64,000 bases of DNA from Cenarchaeum sp. GTDB taxonomy: Archaea > Thermoproteota > Nitrososphaeria > Nitrososphaerales > Nitrosopumilaceae. The stretch is from contig CBDESU010000001.1 in NCBI GenBank assembly GCA_965242695.1, positions 1,664,001-1,728,000 of the forward strand, in the 5' to 3' direction. Both the position numbers and the translations under genes were made by a program. Positions 49,732 to 62,000 of the stretch are shown piece by piece. Each line of letters opens with the position of its first letter. Positions within the stretch are counted from its first letter, which is position 1. The notes under the pieces were generated by a model. That model was not told where the DNA came from, made no database searches, and worked only from the letters and a program-made list of their open reading frames with translations.

Positions 49732-52700
49732 TCACCTGGCGGCGGCGCACTCTGCCGTGTACGTGACGCGCTGGACGAGCTCGGCGCCCTCCACCTGGGC
49801 ATGCCCCGTCAGGTTGAGCATGAACCACAGCGGCGCCTCTAGGCCGCCGCCAAGTCCGTCCGCCACGGAAGCGCCGCCTGCCGGCAGCGGCTCGAACCCC
49901 ACATTCGATCCGGCCGCGCTCAGCAGCGTGGCGTTGGCAGGAAGCTGCGACAATGTGGCGTTCTGGGCAGGCGTGCCCGGGAGGGTAGCGACGGACCACG
50001 GCGTCGCCCCGAGCTCGACGCTTGAGAACGGCAGCGACCCAGAGTTTACCACCGCCTGCTCGGCCGCATCGGAATAGCCGCCTGGGCGGGCCTGCGCTGC
50101 CAGGCTCTCCGAGCCGAGGCGCATTGAGCACGTGCGGTCGACGGGCGGGGGCGTGCCGCGCTCGGATGCGGCGGTGCCGAACCGCGTCAGGTGGTACGTG
50201 TGGATGATCATGTCGCTGCCGTCGGCCGACTCTATCCGGCACTCGCCCAAGCCGCCGAGCTGGCGGTGGACCCTCTCCGTGGCATCTGCAGCGCATGCCA
50301 GGTCGATCGGCACGATAGCGCTGTCCGCGCCGCCCTTGATGTAGAACGCGCGGCCGCCGGCCTGGCCGTCAAGGGATATGCGGACGGGCATGTCGAATGT
50401 GATGCGGCCGTCGTCAACGCCGCCGCCGGCCTCGACGATCGTTCGCAGCACCATTCCGCCAGAGCTTGGATAGCCAAGGGCGGCTGTGGCGGCCTCGTCG
50501 GAAGTCCCGCCGTCGTCCACGTACAGGTAGAGCGCGCCGGCGGCGGGGACGGACGCTGCCGTGACGCCCGGCGGGAACGTCACCGTGCCGAACGAGGCGG
50601 CCAGCGTGACGGCCTCGGTCGGGAACGTGGCCGTGCCCGGCGCGTCAGATGCACGGGCCAGCCCCGTTACGTTGATCGCCAAGCGGGCTGCCGCGCCGGC
50701 CGCGGTGCCGTCGACTGCCCTGGTAAAACCGTCCGGCTCGATGCTGACCGGCGGCGGCAGCGTCTGCGCAACTAGGACGGTCTGCACGGTCAGGCCGGAT
50801 GCGACGGGTATCTCGCCTGCTGCAAACTGCGGCGGATCGATGCCGGCAACGCCTGCTGTCCCCTCTAGGCCGACCGCAAGCGTGATCGTCCCCGTCTGGT
50901 TGGGGCCCACGCCGTCCCCGCCGAACGCGACGGTGTGGACCGCCGTGCCCAGCCCCTCCACTCCCGACACGGGGCGCGTGCCTGCGGTGCCTGCGCCGCC
51001 CTCTGCGTCGATCTCAACCGCGGTGTACACGGGGCCGTCGCGGCCCGCTGGCGGCCCGAGCGCCGCCGAGTACGTTATGGTCGCGATGTTGCTAGCGGTA
51101 AACACGGCCCGGGCCGTGGCGTTGCCCGGCTGCGGCGCCGCCCCGTCCAGGTCTAGCAGGAGCGCGGCGTCCGTCCCGAGCGGAAGCCGGGCCGCATCGA
51201 TCACCGCCGTTGCGTCCATCTCAAGCACGCCCGTCGTTCCCGGCCCCGCAGGGTCGCCGCCGAATCCCACCGTATGCACGGCGGTCCCATTGCCCGCCAG
51301 GCTGGATACCACGCGCAGGCCGCCTCCCGAGGACAGCGTGACGGACGCGTACGTTCCGGGCGCAACCCACACGGGCTCCGTGTACCTGACCTCGGCCGCG
51401 TTCGGCCCCGAAACGGCGGCAGATCGAACCTCTGGGGCGATCCCGTCGACAACATCCGCCGACGAGTCGGCAGGCTCGTTGCCGGCGGGATCGGCAACGC
51501 TGCCGCCGTCTGCCGGATCGTACGAGATCACCACCCCGTCGGGGGCCGCATCGGGCAGATCGCCGTCAAGGACGAGATCGAGCGAGACGGACGGCTCTGC
51601 GGCATCCTGGCTCGAGTCGACGGCAAGGCCCTCGGCGTCGCGGCCCGACACGGACCAACCTCCGGCGCCCGTTCCCGGGGCCACCACGGGCTCGCTGAAC
51701 AAGACCCGTATCGTGTCGAGCGATACGGCCGTGGCGCCGAGCATCGACGGCGGCTGGCCATCGGCAAGCGCGATCGCGCCGTCCGCGCCGGGCGTGTGCC
51801 CCGCCGCATCGCGCACCGCAGCCGAATCCACCCCCAGCGAGCCCGTCGCATCCGGCCCCGCAGGATCGCCGCCGAACGAGACCGTGTGGGTGTCCGTCCC
51901 GTTTCCCTCTAGGCCGTCGACCATGCGCGGGACCCCTCCCGATGACAGCGTCACGGACGCGTACGCGCCGGGCGCGGCCCACACGGGCTCCGTGTACCTG
52001 ACCTCGGCCGCGTTTGGCCCCGTAACGGCGGCAGATCGAACCTCGGGGGCGATCCCGTCTGCGACGCTCGTCGACGAGGCGACAAGGCCGTTTCCGGCCG
52101 CATCCTCGACGCTGCCGCCGTCGGCCGGGCGGTACGAGATGGTTATCGCATCAGGGGCAGTGTCGGGCAGATCGCCTCCCAGTATGAGGTCGAGCGAGTC
52201 CGCCGGCTCTGCGGCATCCCGGCTCGAGTCGACGGCAAGGCCCTCGGCATCGCGGCCTGACACGGACCAGCCTCCGGCGCCGGCGCCGGGGGCCACCACG
52301 GGCTCGCTGAACAAGACCCGTATCGTGTCGAGCGATACGGCCGTGGCGCCGAGCACCGACGGCGACTGGGCGTCGTCTAGCGCGCGCTGGACCGTGCCGT
52401 TGCCGAGCCGCATGTCCAGTCCCGGCGAGACGACGGCCGTGCCGTCGATCGCCACGCTGCCGGTCGCATTCGGCGGCGCGCCGCCCGGGTCGAACGTGAG
52501 CGTGTGGAAGTGGCTACCGGCGCCGTCGCCTCCCCCCTCCAGCCTCGTTATCATCCTGTCCTGCCCGCCTACCACGAGCTGCGAGTACGCCTCACTCGGG
52601 GCCTCTGCGTTCCTAGTGTACGCAATGACGGCCGTGTCGGGCCCCGTAATCCTTGACGAGAATACGTCCAAAACCCTCCCGTCTAGGATATTCACGGTCA

Positions 52701-54202
52701 AGACATCGTCGCCGAGCGGGTTTGGCGGGTCGGCCCCGTCGAGCACCGCCCTGCCGTCTACCGCCATGCTACTCGGCGGCTCCGGGATGGGGGCAGGCTC
52801 GCCGGCAAAGCCGATCACGTGATGGCGGAGGGGGACATCTGTGTCGTACGGGTCCAGCTGGCGGGCATCCCCGCCGATCTCGAGCCCCGAGTAGGCTCCC
52901 GGCGATGCGGCGACCGGCTCGGTATAGTCGATCGTAATCTCGCGATTCCCCGTGATCAACGGCTCGACGATCTTGGGCCGTATGCGGTCGGCCACGACTA
53001 TGCCCGTCGTGTCCTGCAGGAGGTTGCCGGCCTCGTCCCGGATGCCGCCGGCGCTGGCGTCGTAGGACAGTTCGAGATCGGGGGCCGTGTCGGGCAGGGT
53101 GTCGTTGAGCGTAAAGACGATATTGTCCTGCGGTGCCGATGTCGGGACGGGCCCGAGGGCGGCTATGGAAAGATTGGCCGCGCTGGGCCCCGACAAGGAC
53201 CAGCCGGCCGAGGCGTTCAGTGAGCCGGACGCGACGGGCTCGTCAAAGGTGACGCGTATACGATCCAAAAACTCGGCCTCGGCGGACACCACCGCGGGCG
53301 CCACGGTGTCGACTGCGATGTCCTTGCGCTCACCCAGCGTATCTCCGGCGCCCCATTCGGGCAGTTTCAAGTCGGCATCGTTGCCGGCCGCGTCCCGTAT
53401 GGTCCCGCCGTTGCGGGACAGGGCCGTCGTGCCCGTGTAGTTCAGGTCGTCCGTCTCGTCGCCCTGCCGCACCGTGTACGTAAATACCAGCGTGTTGGAG
53501 TTGTTGCCCCCGGTAAGTGTAGCGTTCCGGTCGGTCGTGCCCGTCTCTAGTCGTATGGACGGCGTGCCGCTTGAGTTGTCGATGATGATGGCCTCGCTAA
53601 TCTTTACCCGCACGTCGATCGCGGTGTCGATGGGATACAGGTCGTTGTCCTTTTCCGAGTAGACGTACTCTACCTCCGGACGGACCGCCTCGAGGCGGAT
53701 CGTCCCCGAGTCGAGCAGGCCGTCCGTGCCGGGCGGGGGCAGGGTCCGGACGGCGTCGTTGTCGGCCTCGTCCCGTATGGTCCCGCCGTTGAGCGAGATG
53801 ACGGCCGCGGTGGTGTAGTCCAGGTCGGCCGTGTCGTCGCCCTCGGTCACAGTGTACGCGAACGCCAGCATCGTAGAGCTGCTCGCCGCCGCGTCGTACA
53901 CCGCATGCCGCCCGGCCGCGCCCGTGTCCAGCGCGATCGACGGCGTGCCGCCCGTGGTGTCGACTGTGACATCCTCGTTGAAGGTGACCGTGACGGCGAT
54001 GTCCGAGCCGATGCCGTACGTGCCGGGCTGGGTCGTCGACGAGACGGAATCTACCTCTGGGCGGACCGCCTCGAGGCGGATCGTCCCCGAGTCGAGCAGG
54101 CCGTCCGTGCCGGGCGGGGGCAGTGTCCGGACGGCGTCGTTGTCGGCCTCGTCCCGTATGGTCCCGCCGTTGAGCGAGATGACGGCCGCGGTGGTGTAGT
54201 CC
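49732..54202 (-). pseudogene. Giant Ig-repeat surface protein 2, C-terminal part (IS-interrupted)
   Basis: Ig-like repeats resume exactly at the TSD (DYTTAAVISLNGG). Removing the IS and one TSD copy gives 6495 nt in frame (2164 aa). Confidence 0.9.
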
Positions 54203-56408
54203 CAGTGGTTGAAAATGTGCCCGTAACTTGACCTACCGTCGTCGTCTGTCCGCCTCGGGGCGGTATATACCATGGCCGCCTTCGCAGGCATGGCTAGGGG
54301 CGGCGGCCGGCGGCGGCCGCCACCTAGCGCGGATCGCGGGGCGCCCGCCCGCGACAGGCCGGCGCACTCTGCCGCGCGGCCGGCGTCCGCGGCCGCGGCC
54401 GGCGGCTCGGCGGAAGGGGGCAGGGCCGACCGGCCGGGAACTGGCAGGATGCGACGGCAGGCAGTGCACGGCCAGATGTTGTGCATGGAGTGGAGATCCT
54501 GTACGCGGCGCGGCCGCGGCTCCCGGCCGCCGCGGCCGCCGCGGCCGCCGTGGCGGCTGCGCACGGAGCCCGCCGTCCGCCGTCCGTTGCACAGCGGGAC
54601 GGGGGGCAGCCTCGGCGGCCGTCGAAAATTCCCCGAGTATGAGGGCGAATTTGCGGGGCATGCAGGGCGCCCGGGCCAAAACGCATGCGAAACTCGGCCT
54701 GCGAGTTGGGGCCGTGGGAGGGATGAAGCGGGCATCGCGGCAAAAGCTCGGCGGCTGGCATGCTTGTGCATGAATCGATTTTTTGTCTTGCACTGGTTCG
54801 ACTTCAGCGAATTGGGCATTGTTAGGAATGAATGTTCTATATATGTTTTGCAAGAAAAGATATACGGCGGCGATCCTCGGAACCGGCGTACGCGGCATGG
54901 CGCAAATCGATTCCGTAAAACGGCACAGTAATATTACCACCCTGGCGAGCGGGCGCCGTGGACACGTTTCTGGGGAGAATTGAGGAGCTCGAAGCCGACG
55001 TCTCGAGCGTGTTTATGTTTTTCGTGGCAATGATGGCGGCGTTTGGGTTTCCCCTGTCCGCCCGGTACAATTCGCTGCACGGGCCCATTTCGCTGTGCGC
55101 CATCATCGCATCGATGGCATTCACAAAGTCGTGCACCGAGACCGCGTCCAAGCTTTTCGCGCTCCGCGTCAAAGACCTGGCGTGGGGCGTCGTCGACGTC
55201 AGGTCGCTGCACCTGCCCACATCGCAGTGGGCGCTCAAGATGATCGCCGGCCTCGACCACGGCGCGATGGAGGCGGCGTGCAGGGCGGCATTTCGCGCCT
55301 GTACAGCCCTGGCCAGGGCGCGCGGGATGATCCCCGCGCGACCCCTGGGCATGATAGACGGGCAGAGCTCGGCGTACTACGGGGAAAAGGGCGACATGAA
55401 GTACATCACAAGGGGCAAGAGCAAGAACGGCACGACAAGGTTCCACACGTTCCTGTGCTCCATCATCAGGGCGGGGCAATACCCGCTGCACACGGCAATG
55501 TGCCGCATGCGCCCCGGGGTTCCGCTGGAGGAGTACCTCCGGGACGTGCTCGCGCAGAACCGCGAGGCCGGGATCAGGTGCTCCCACTGGCTCGTCGACA
55601 GGCTGTTCTTCAGCGTGGCCGCGATGTACGAGTTCGGCAGGGCCGACGAGTACTTTCTGATGTACGCGCGCATGACGCCGGGGATCAAGAAGGCGCTCGA
55701 CGAGTACCTGAGCGGGAAGCGGGCCGCCATGTCCGAGTACGTCGTCAGGTCGGGCCGCCGAAAGTTCACAGGAACCCTGGCGTTCGTGGAAAAGACGAGG
55801 ACGAATAAGAACGGCGAGAGGGAGACGGTCATCCTCCCGATCTTTTCGAACCTTCCGCGGGCCCAGCTCGCCGCCGCGATCCGCGACCTGCCGATCGAGA
55901 TCAAGAAGAGGTGGATACACGAGTCGTCGTTCAGGGTCGCCACGTTCTCAAAGCCGATGACGACCAGCAACAGCCCCTCGCTCAGGACTTTCTTCTTCGG
56001 GATGTCCCTGTTCCTCGGCAACATGTCGGTGATAGCGAACCACGCAATAGAGGCCCGAAGCCACGCAGAGGGCGGGGAGGTGCCCGTCCCCGAGCCGCCT
56101 GCCGACGATCGCCTCGGGGACAAGCGCTGCCTGGCGACCAAGACAAAGTACAGCGTGACATCCAAGGAGTTCCTGAGCCTCCTGGTCTCGGAGGCGGGCA
56201 GGCTGCACACCCGGGACAAGAGGGCTCAGGACGACTACACCGCCTGGGCGATGGCCAAGAACGCGCACCTGATCCCGCCGCCCGTCCAAGAGCGCCCAAT
56301 CCTGACGGGGGAGTACGCTTCCGGCATCCCGCGCTGGGCATGACGGCGGGCTGGCATACCTTCATAACGGGAAGGTGACAGACCCTGCCGGCACATTTTC
56401 AACCACTG
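54203..56408 (+). mobile_element. ISH3-family insertion sequence, 2206 bp
   Basis: Perfect 19-bp TIR cagtggttgaaaatgtgcc (54203-54221 and 56390-56408); 5-bp TSD agtcc (54198-54202 and 56409-56413). Confidence 0.93.
54958..56343 (+). CDS. ISH3-family DDE transposase
   Basis: IDGQSSAYYG..GKSKNGT, LVDRLFFS, RWIHESSFR give the D-D-E triad. Confidence 0.88.
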   Translation: MDTFLGRIEELEADVSSVFMFFVAMMAAFGFPLSARYNSLHGPISLCAIIASMAFTKSCTETASKLFALRVKDLAWGVVDVRSLHLPTSQWALKMIAGLDHGAMEAACRAAFRACTALARARGMIPARPLGMIDGQSSAYYGEKGDMKYITRGKSKNGTTRFHTFLCSIIRAGQYPLHTAMCRMRPGVPLEEYLRDVLAQNREAGIRCSHWLVDRLFFSVAAMYEFGRADEYFLMYARMTPGIKKALDEYLSGKRAAMSEYVVRSGRRKFTGTLAFVEKTRTNKNGERETVILPIFSNLPRAQLAAAIRDLPIEIKKRWIHESSFRVATFSKPMTTSNSPSLRTFFFGMSLFLGNMSVIANHAIEARSHAEGGEVPVPEPPADDRLGDKRCLATKTKYSVTSKEFLSLLVSEAGRLHTRDKRAQDDYTAWAMAKNAHLIPPPVQERPILTGEYASGIPRWA

Positions 56409-58437
56409 AGTCCAGGTCGGCCGTGTCGTCGTCCCGCTGCACCGTGTACGAAAACGCCAGTACGTTGGGGGTGCTGGCCGCAGCGCTGTACGTCGCATTC
56501 CTGTCGATCGCGCCCGTCTCCAGCTGTATGGCCGGCGTGCCGCCCGTGGTGTCGACGACGACGTCCTCGTCGAAGGTGACCGTGACGGCGATGTCCGAGC
56601 CGATGCCGTACGTGCCGGGCGGGGTCGTCGACGAGACGGCGTCGACGGCCGGCCGCACTCCATCGATGCGGATCGTCCCCGAGTCGAGCAGGCCGTCCGT
56701 GCCGGGTGGGGGCAGGGTCCGGACGGCGTCGTTGTCGGCCTCGTCCCGTATGGTCCCGCCGTTGAGCGAGATGACGGCCGCGGTGGTGTAGTCCAGGTCG
56801 GCCGTGTCGTCGTCCCGCTGCACCGTGTACGAAAACGCCAGCACGTTGGGGGTGCTGGCCGCGGCGCTGTACGTCGCATTCCTGTCGATCGCGCCCGTCT
56901 CCAGCTGTATGGCCGGCGTGCCGCCCGTACTGTTGACAACAACGTCCTCGTCGAAGGTGACCGTGACGGCGATGTCCGAGCCGATGCCGTACGTGCCGGG
57001 TGGGGTCGTCGACGAGACGGCGTCGACGGCCGGCCGCACTCCATCGATGCGGATCGTCCCCGAGTCGAGCAGGCCGTCCGTGCCGGGCGGGGGCAGGGTC
57101 CGGACGGCGTCGTTGTCGGCCTCGTCCCGTATGGTCCCGCCGTTGAGCGAGATGACGGCCGCGGTGGTGTAGTCCAGGTCGGCCGTGTCGTCGTCCCGCT
57201 GCACCGTGTACGAAAACGCCAGCACGTTGGGGGTGCTGGCCGCGGCGCTGTACGTCGCATTCCTGTCGGTCGCGCCCGTCTCCAGCTGTATGGTCGGAGT
57301 GCCGCCCGTACTGTTGACAACAACGTCCTCGTCGAAGGTGACCGTGACGGCGATGTCCGAGCCGATGCCGTACGTGCCTGTCCCGTTCAGCGAGGATGTG
57401 GATTGGACGCGCGGCCCCACAACGTCTATCGAAGTTGCGCCCGATGCGGACAGAGACAGGCGGGCGTCGTTGCCGGCCAGGTCGGTCAGGCTACCGGCCG
57501 TCGTAAGAGCCCCCGTGCCGTCATAGTCCACGTTCGATACGGTGTCGCCGCTCTGCACGCCGTACGTGAATGTGAACATTTCCGAGTTGTTTCCCGACGA
57601 ATAGCCCGCGTTGCGGGTCGCCCCGCCGCCCAAGTCGACCCGCAGCACCGGCGCGGCGCCCGAGTATACAACAGCCTCGTAAAAGGTCACATTGAATACG
57701 ATGCTGTCGCCCGAACTATACCCCCCATCGGGGGGCGCAAAGGTGACGTTCGCCACGCGCGGCACGATGCCGTCGACACGTATGGCGCCCGAGTCGGCCA
57801 ATGAGCCCGCCGCGCCCGGCTCCGGAAGCGTGCATGCGATTGTGTTTTCGGGATCCCAATAATTAGCCAGGCCACGGACCGCGCCACCTTCGATTATCTC
57901 TGACCAATGCAGTGCATTGGTTGCGTTGTAATCAAGGTCGTCAGAGTAGTCGCCCTCCTGCACTTTATAGTTGTAATTGACATAGCCAGAGGTCGATGCA
58001 ACGTGGGAAACGTATGTGCCAAGCCGGTCTATATCACCGGTTTCAAGTGCGATTGAAGAGTGTGATATGGCGCCGTATCTTAGCCCGTCATAAGTGGAAG
58101 TGACGCGTATGCTTACCGTGTCGTTGATTCCATACAGGCCGTCGCGCGAGGTGTACGCTACGGTCACATCAGAACCTGGCAGTGCACAGGGACTAAGATG
58201 ATCCGCATATGCAGCCGGTATTACAAAGCCCCAAAGAACCTGCGAAGGGTACAGAGCCTGCATGTCAGGCGGGGAAAGGGATGCGTCAATGTCTAGAGAC
58301 GAGGATGCCGCAAGTGCCAGTACGATCGCTAGGGATGCGGCGGCAAACGCGCAGATGCGAGAGGCTGCAGGGCCCGGACGGCGCAGAGGGGCGGCAGGCA
58401 GAAGACGAGTCTTCGGCAAGAGTGACTTCTCCGGCAC
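56409..58437 (-). pseudogene. Giant Ig-repeat surface protein 2, N-terminal part (reads into the IS, stop at 56362)
   Basis: Signal-like hydrophobic segment, VIPAAYA cleavage-like motif, Ig-like repeats. Confidence 0.9.
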
Positions 58438-59046
58438 ACATCCAAGCCTCCGGCCAAGGGACGCCCTGCCCGCAGTGCGCCGTGCGCCCGCCTGCTCGCC
58501 CCCCCCCCCTCTATTCTACCGGAGGATCCCTCTCCCGACCGGCCTAAATCGCATCCGCTCAATATGCCCCGCCCCCCAACCGTGCCTATAAAAGAATGGC
58601 GGAGTGGGCGGGAGCATCCCGAGCCAAGCGACAGGCCCAAGGAATGCCCTCTAGTCGCCCGCAGGGTTGGCGGCGGCAAAGGCGGCAGGAGGCGCCAAGG
58701 CAGGCAGTGGCCGGGAGGGGCACAGGGCTGCGCGCGGCAGCATCGCCCCTGAGAGTGCGCGGCCGGTCGTGCGCCCGCCATGGGGGCGCCTCGCCGAGCT
58801 TGAGCAGTACGAAGGGCCGCCGATGCGCGTGCAGGAGATGTCAGCAGGCAGGGTTTACCGGGAAGCAGGCGCGCGATTTGCACAAGGGCTTGCGGACATG
58901 GACGGGAGATCTGCGACCCGCGCGCCGAGCACGGAAAGCATCGGCAGCAGCTGTTCACCACCTGTGCCAATGAGACGGTCGGCGCGCGGCAGTGCATCGC
59001 CCATTACCGCAGGTTCAGTGGACGCATGGCCAGGCGCGGCAATGGG

Positions 59047-62000
59047 TTAGCCCGCGCCGCCGCTGTCGGGGGTGGCAATGCGCGTTAGCTTGTAGTAGAG
59101 CCACGACGGCGCGCCCTCCGGCCTCTCCACCTCGACCGTCCACTCCCCGATGTCGATCGCCGTCCCCGCCTCGGCAGGCAGGACCGCGAACTTTTCGGGC
59201 GTCGCATCCGGCCCCGAGTACCTCACGCGGTAGTCCGTCCCGCCTATCTGCACGGTCTGGTATATGGCGCCCGGCGCCCTAGTGGATCCCGACACGAGGC
59301 ACCCGTCGGCTACGGGGCCGATCACGCAGATCGGCCCCTCTTCGCCGCCCGGCCCCGTTGCGTTGGCCAAGAGCCTGATATCGACCGAGGACGGGTCGGC
59401 GCGCGGCGCGGCCAGCAGCAGTCCCTGCAGGGCCCGCGGGACGAACCGGGTCCCGTCGACGTCTGACTCTGACGCAGAGACGGCCACGACCGCATCCGGT
59501 ATGCGGTTAAAGTCCTCTGTGTAGCGCCCGGGCATCGTGGCGTTGCCCTGAGCCGTGCCGTTGCCCTGAGCCTGCCCGCCCGCCGCACCGCCATGGGCCG
59601 CATCCGATGCGTCCGGCCCCGCCACCACGCTGAACGTCCCGGATACGGTCGCAAACGGCGTCGTGGCCTTTACGACGTACCGCCCGACCGCATCGTCGGA
59701 CGAGTCGATCTCGTACGTGCGCGAGAACCTTCCCCTCTCGTCGGGGCGGACGCGCTCGGTCGAGCCGGGCGAGCCGCAAGAGTAGGTCCCGCAGTTGATG
59801 CGCAGCTCTTCCTCGCGGGCTACCGTCACCTCGACCGATTCGACCGAGACGAGCCTTGTCAGCGAGCCCGACACCGCGACGGTATCGCCTGGCCGGTACT
59901 CGGGCCTGTCGGTCCCGACCACAAGCGACAGGTCTGACGCGCCGCGATCGGCGCCGCCCCCCTCGCCTTCGATCAGAAACGTCGTCGCCGCGCGTGTCTT
60001 GGCGTACGTGGCGATTACAGAGTACGTCCCCTCGCCGAACACGCCGATGGGCAGGTCGAACGACGTGCCAAAGTATCCGGCGCTGTCGGGCCCCAGGTTG
60101 TACTCGTAGATGACCTTGAACGGGGCCGCCCCCTCCCTGACTACGACCTTTGCGCGCTCCCTGACCGGCGGGCCCTCGCCGCCGAACAGCGCGCCGGCCT
60201 CGCGGGCAAGGCCGCTCAGGACGACCTCGTCGCCGATCCCGTACGACGCGCGGTCGGCCGATATCGACAGGGGCGGGATCTCGAGCGTGTCGGACGCCGG
60301 ATCGTCAGACACCTTTAGGAATATGCGCTCGGACGCGGGGCCGGCCTTTATGGCGGCCTGGTACACGCCCGGCGTGCGCGGCGCCTCCCACTCCCACGCG
60401 AACCGCGAGCGGTCGGCCAGCGCGCCGTACCGGTCCGTGTCGCCGCCGGGCTTGTACACCGTAATGTCGACCCCGCTGCCCTGCGAGAGGCCGGGGACGA
60501 TCCCCGTCACGACCGTCGTCTCGCCCGGCGCGAGCAGGCTCTTGCTCACGGATATCGACGCATCGCCCTCGATGTCGAGCGAGTCGACTACCTCGAACGC
60601 GGTGAACGCGCGGTGCCGGTTGCTTGCGTAGCTTGCGTGCACGGCGTACGTGCCCGGCCCGTACGCCGACGCGTACAGCGTGTCGGAGACGCGGTAGTTG
60701 CCGGCAGCGTCGGGCACGGCAGACAGCGTGTACGCGACCGGCGCTGCCACCGCGGACCCGCTGCCGGCCGCGCCCCTCGCATCGTCGATCTGCCCGCGCG
60801 AGGCCAGCCCGCCCGATGCGCCGACTATGGTAATCTCGATCGTGTTCGTGACAAGGGATGCCGTCTTTGGTGCGATCGTAGTCCCGCTGAATACGATCCT
60901 CGAGCCCTGCTCGTACACGGCCTTGTCCGTCGTGATCGTCACCTGCGAGGCCTGGGCGGCCGGCCCCGCCGGGGAAGAGGAAGGCGCCGCGCCGGCCGCA
61001 TCCCCTCTGCCCTCCCGGGCCGCGCCCGGCCCGGCCGCCATCGGCGGCTCGACCCGAAACGACGCCTCGGCCCGCACGCCCGTGTCCGAGACGCGCACGA
61101 CGTACTCGCCGACGCGCTCGGTCCCGTTGGCTATGCGGTACTCGTACGAGAACGACCCGTCGCCGGCGGGCCGCACCGTCGCGTCGTGCTTTACCAGGTT
61201 GACGGCGACCCTGCCGAGCGACTCTACCTCTACCTGGCGCAGCTCGAGGTCTAGCGCAAACGACCACTTGCCGCCCAGGCTGCCGCTTATCGCGACCGTC
61301 TCGCCCGGCGCGTACGACGCCTTGTCCGTGCGCACGACGGCCTGGCGGCCCGCACTGTCGGCGTCCCTAGCCACGACGAACCGGCTCGATGCGGACGCCT
61401 CGCCGTACGAGGCCGCAACGGTGTGGTTTCCGTACGCGGCGCCGACGGGGTTGAGGAACAGCCGCGCCTCGAACCGCCCCGCCGCGTCGGGGTACACGAG
61501 CCCCCCGTCCGTGCGCTCGCCGTCGGGGCCGAGCACCTTGTACGAGAGCCCCTCGTACGGCACGACCTCGCGCGCGGCGGCCGTGACGACCACGGTCTCG
61601 CCCGGCCTGTACGATGCGCGGTCGGTCGATATGGACAGCGGCGGCGGCGGCGGCGCGGCAGGGGCCGAACCTGCGCCCGCGGATCCCTGTCCGGCGGCGG
61701 CGCCCGCATCCCCGACCGCAAACGACGAGGATGCCGACGAGCCGGCGTACGAGGCAGTCACCGTGTACGGGCCGTCCGAGGCGCCCGTCACCGCGCTGAG
61801 CCGGACGCTTGCAAAGAACCGCAGCTGCGCGTCGGGGTACACCGATATCTGCCGCTCGTACCCCGACGGCCCCTCTATCGCGATCGAGACGCCGCGGTTC
61901 GAGTGCGACGGCACCGACGCGCGCGCCTCCTCCGAGACGTTTCCCCGTATTGTGATTCGCTCGCCGAGTTCGTACGATGCGCGGTCGGTGCCGACGGCCA

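Larger units (their letters stand above)
53690..57377 (-). repeat. Near-identical 381-bp (127-aa) Ig-like tandem repeats, split by the IS
   Basis: gtagtccaggtcggccgtgtcgtcg recurs with a 381-bp period (~53816, the IS-split copy at ~54197/56409, ~56788, ~57169). Confidence 0.9.

Noticed and set aside
58560-59050. ORFs 58596-58973 and 58667-59050
   Set aside because: No recognisable motif and atypical codon pattern. At most a decayed remnant.
49270-59432. Diversity-generating retroelement TR/VR pair
   Set aside because: Differences between the copies include indels and many non-adenine changes, and there is no reverse transcriptase in the window.
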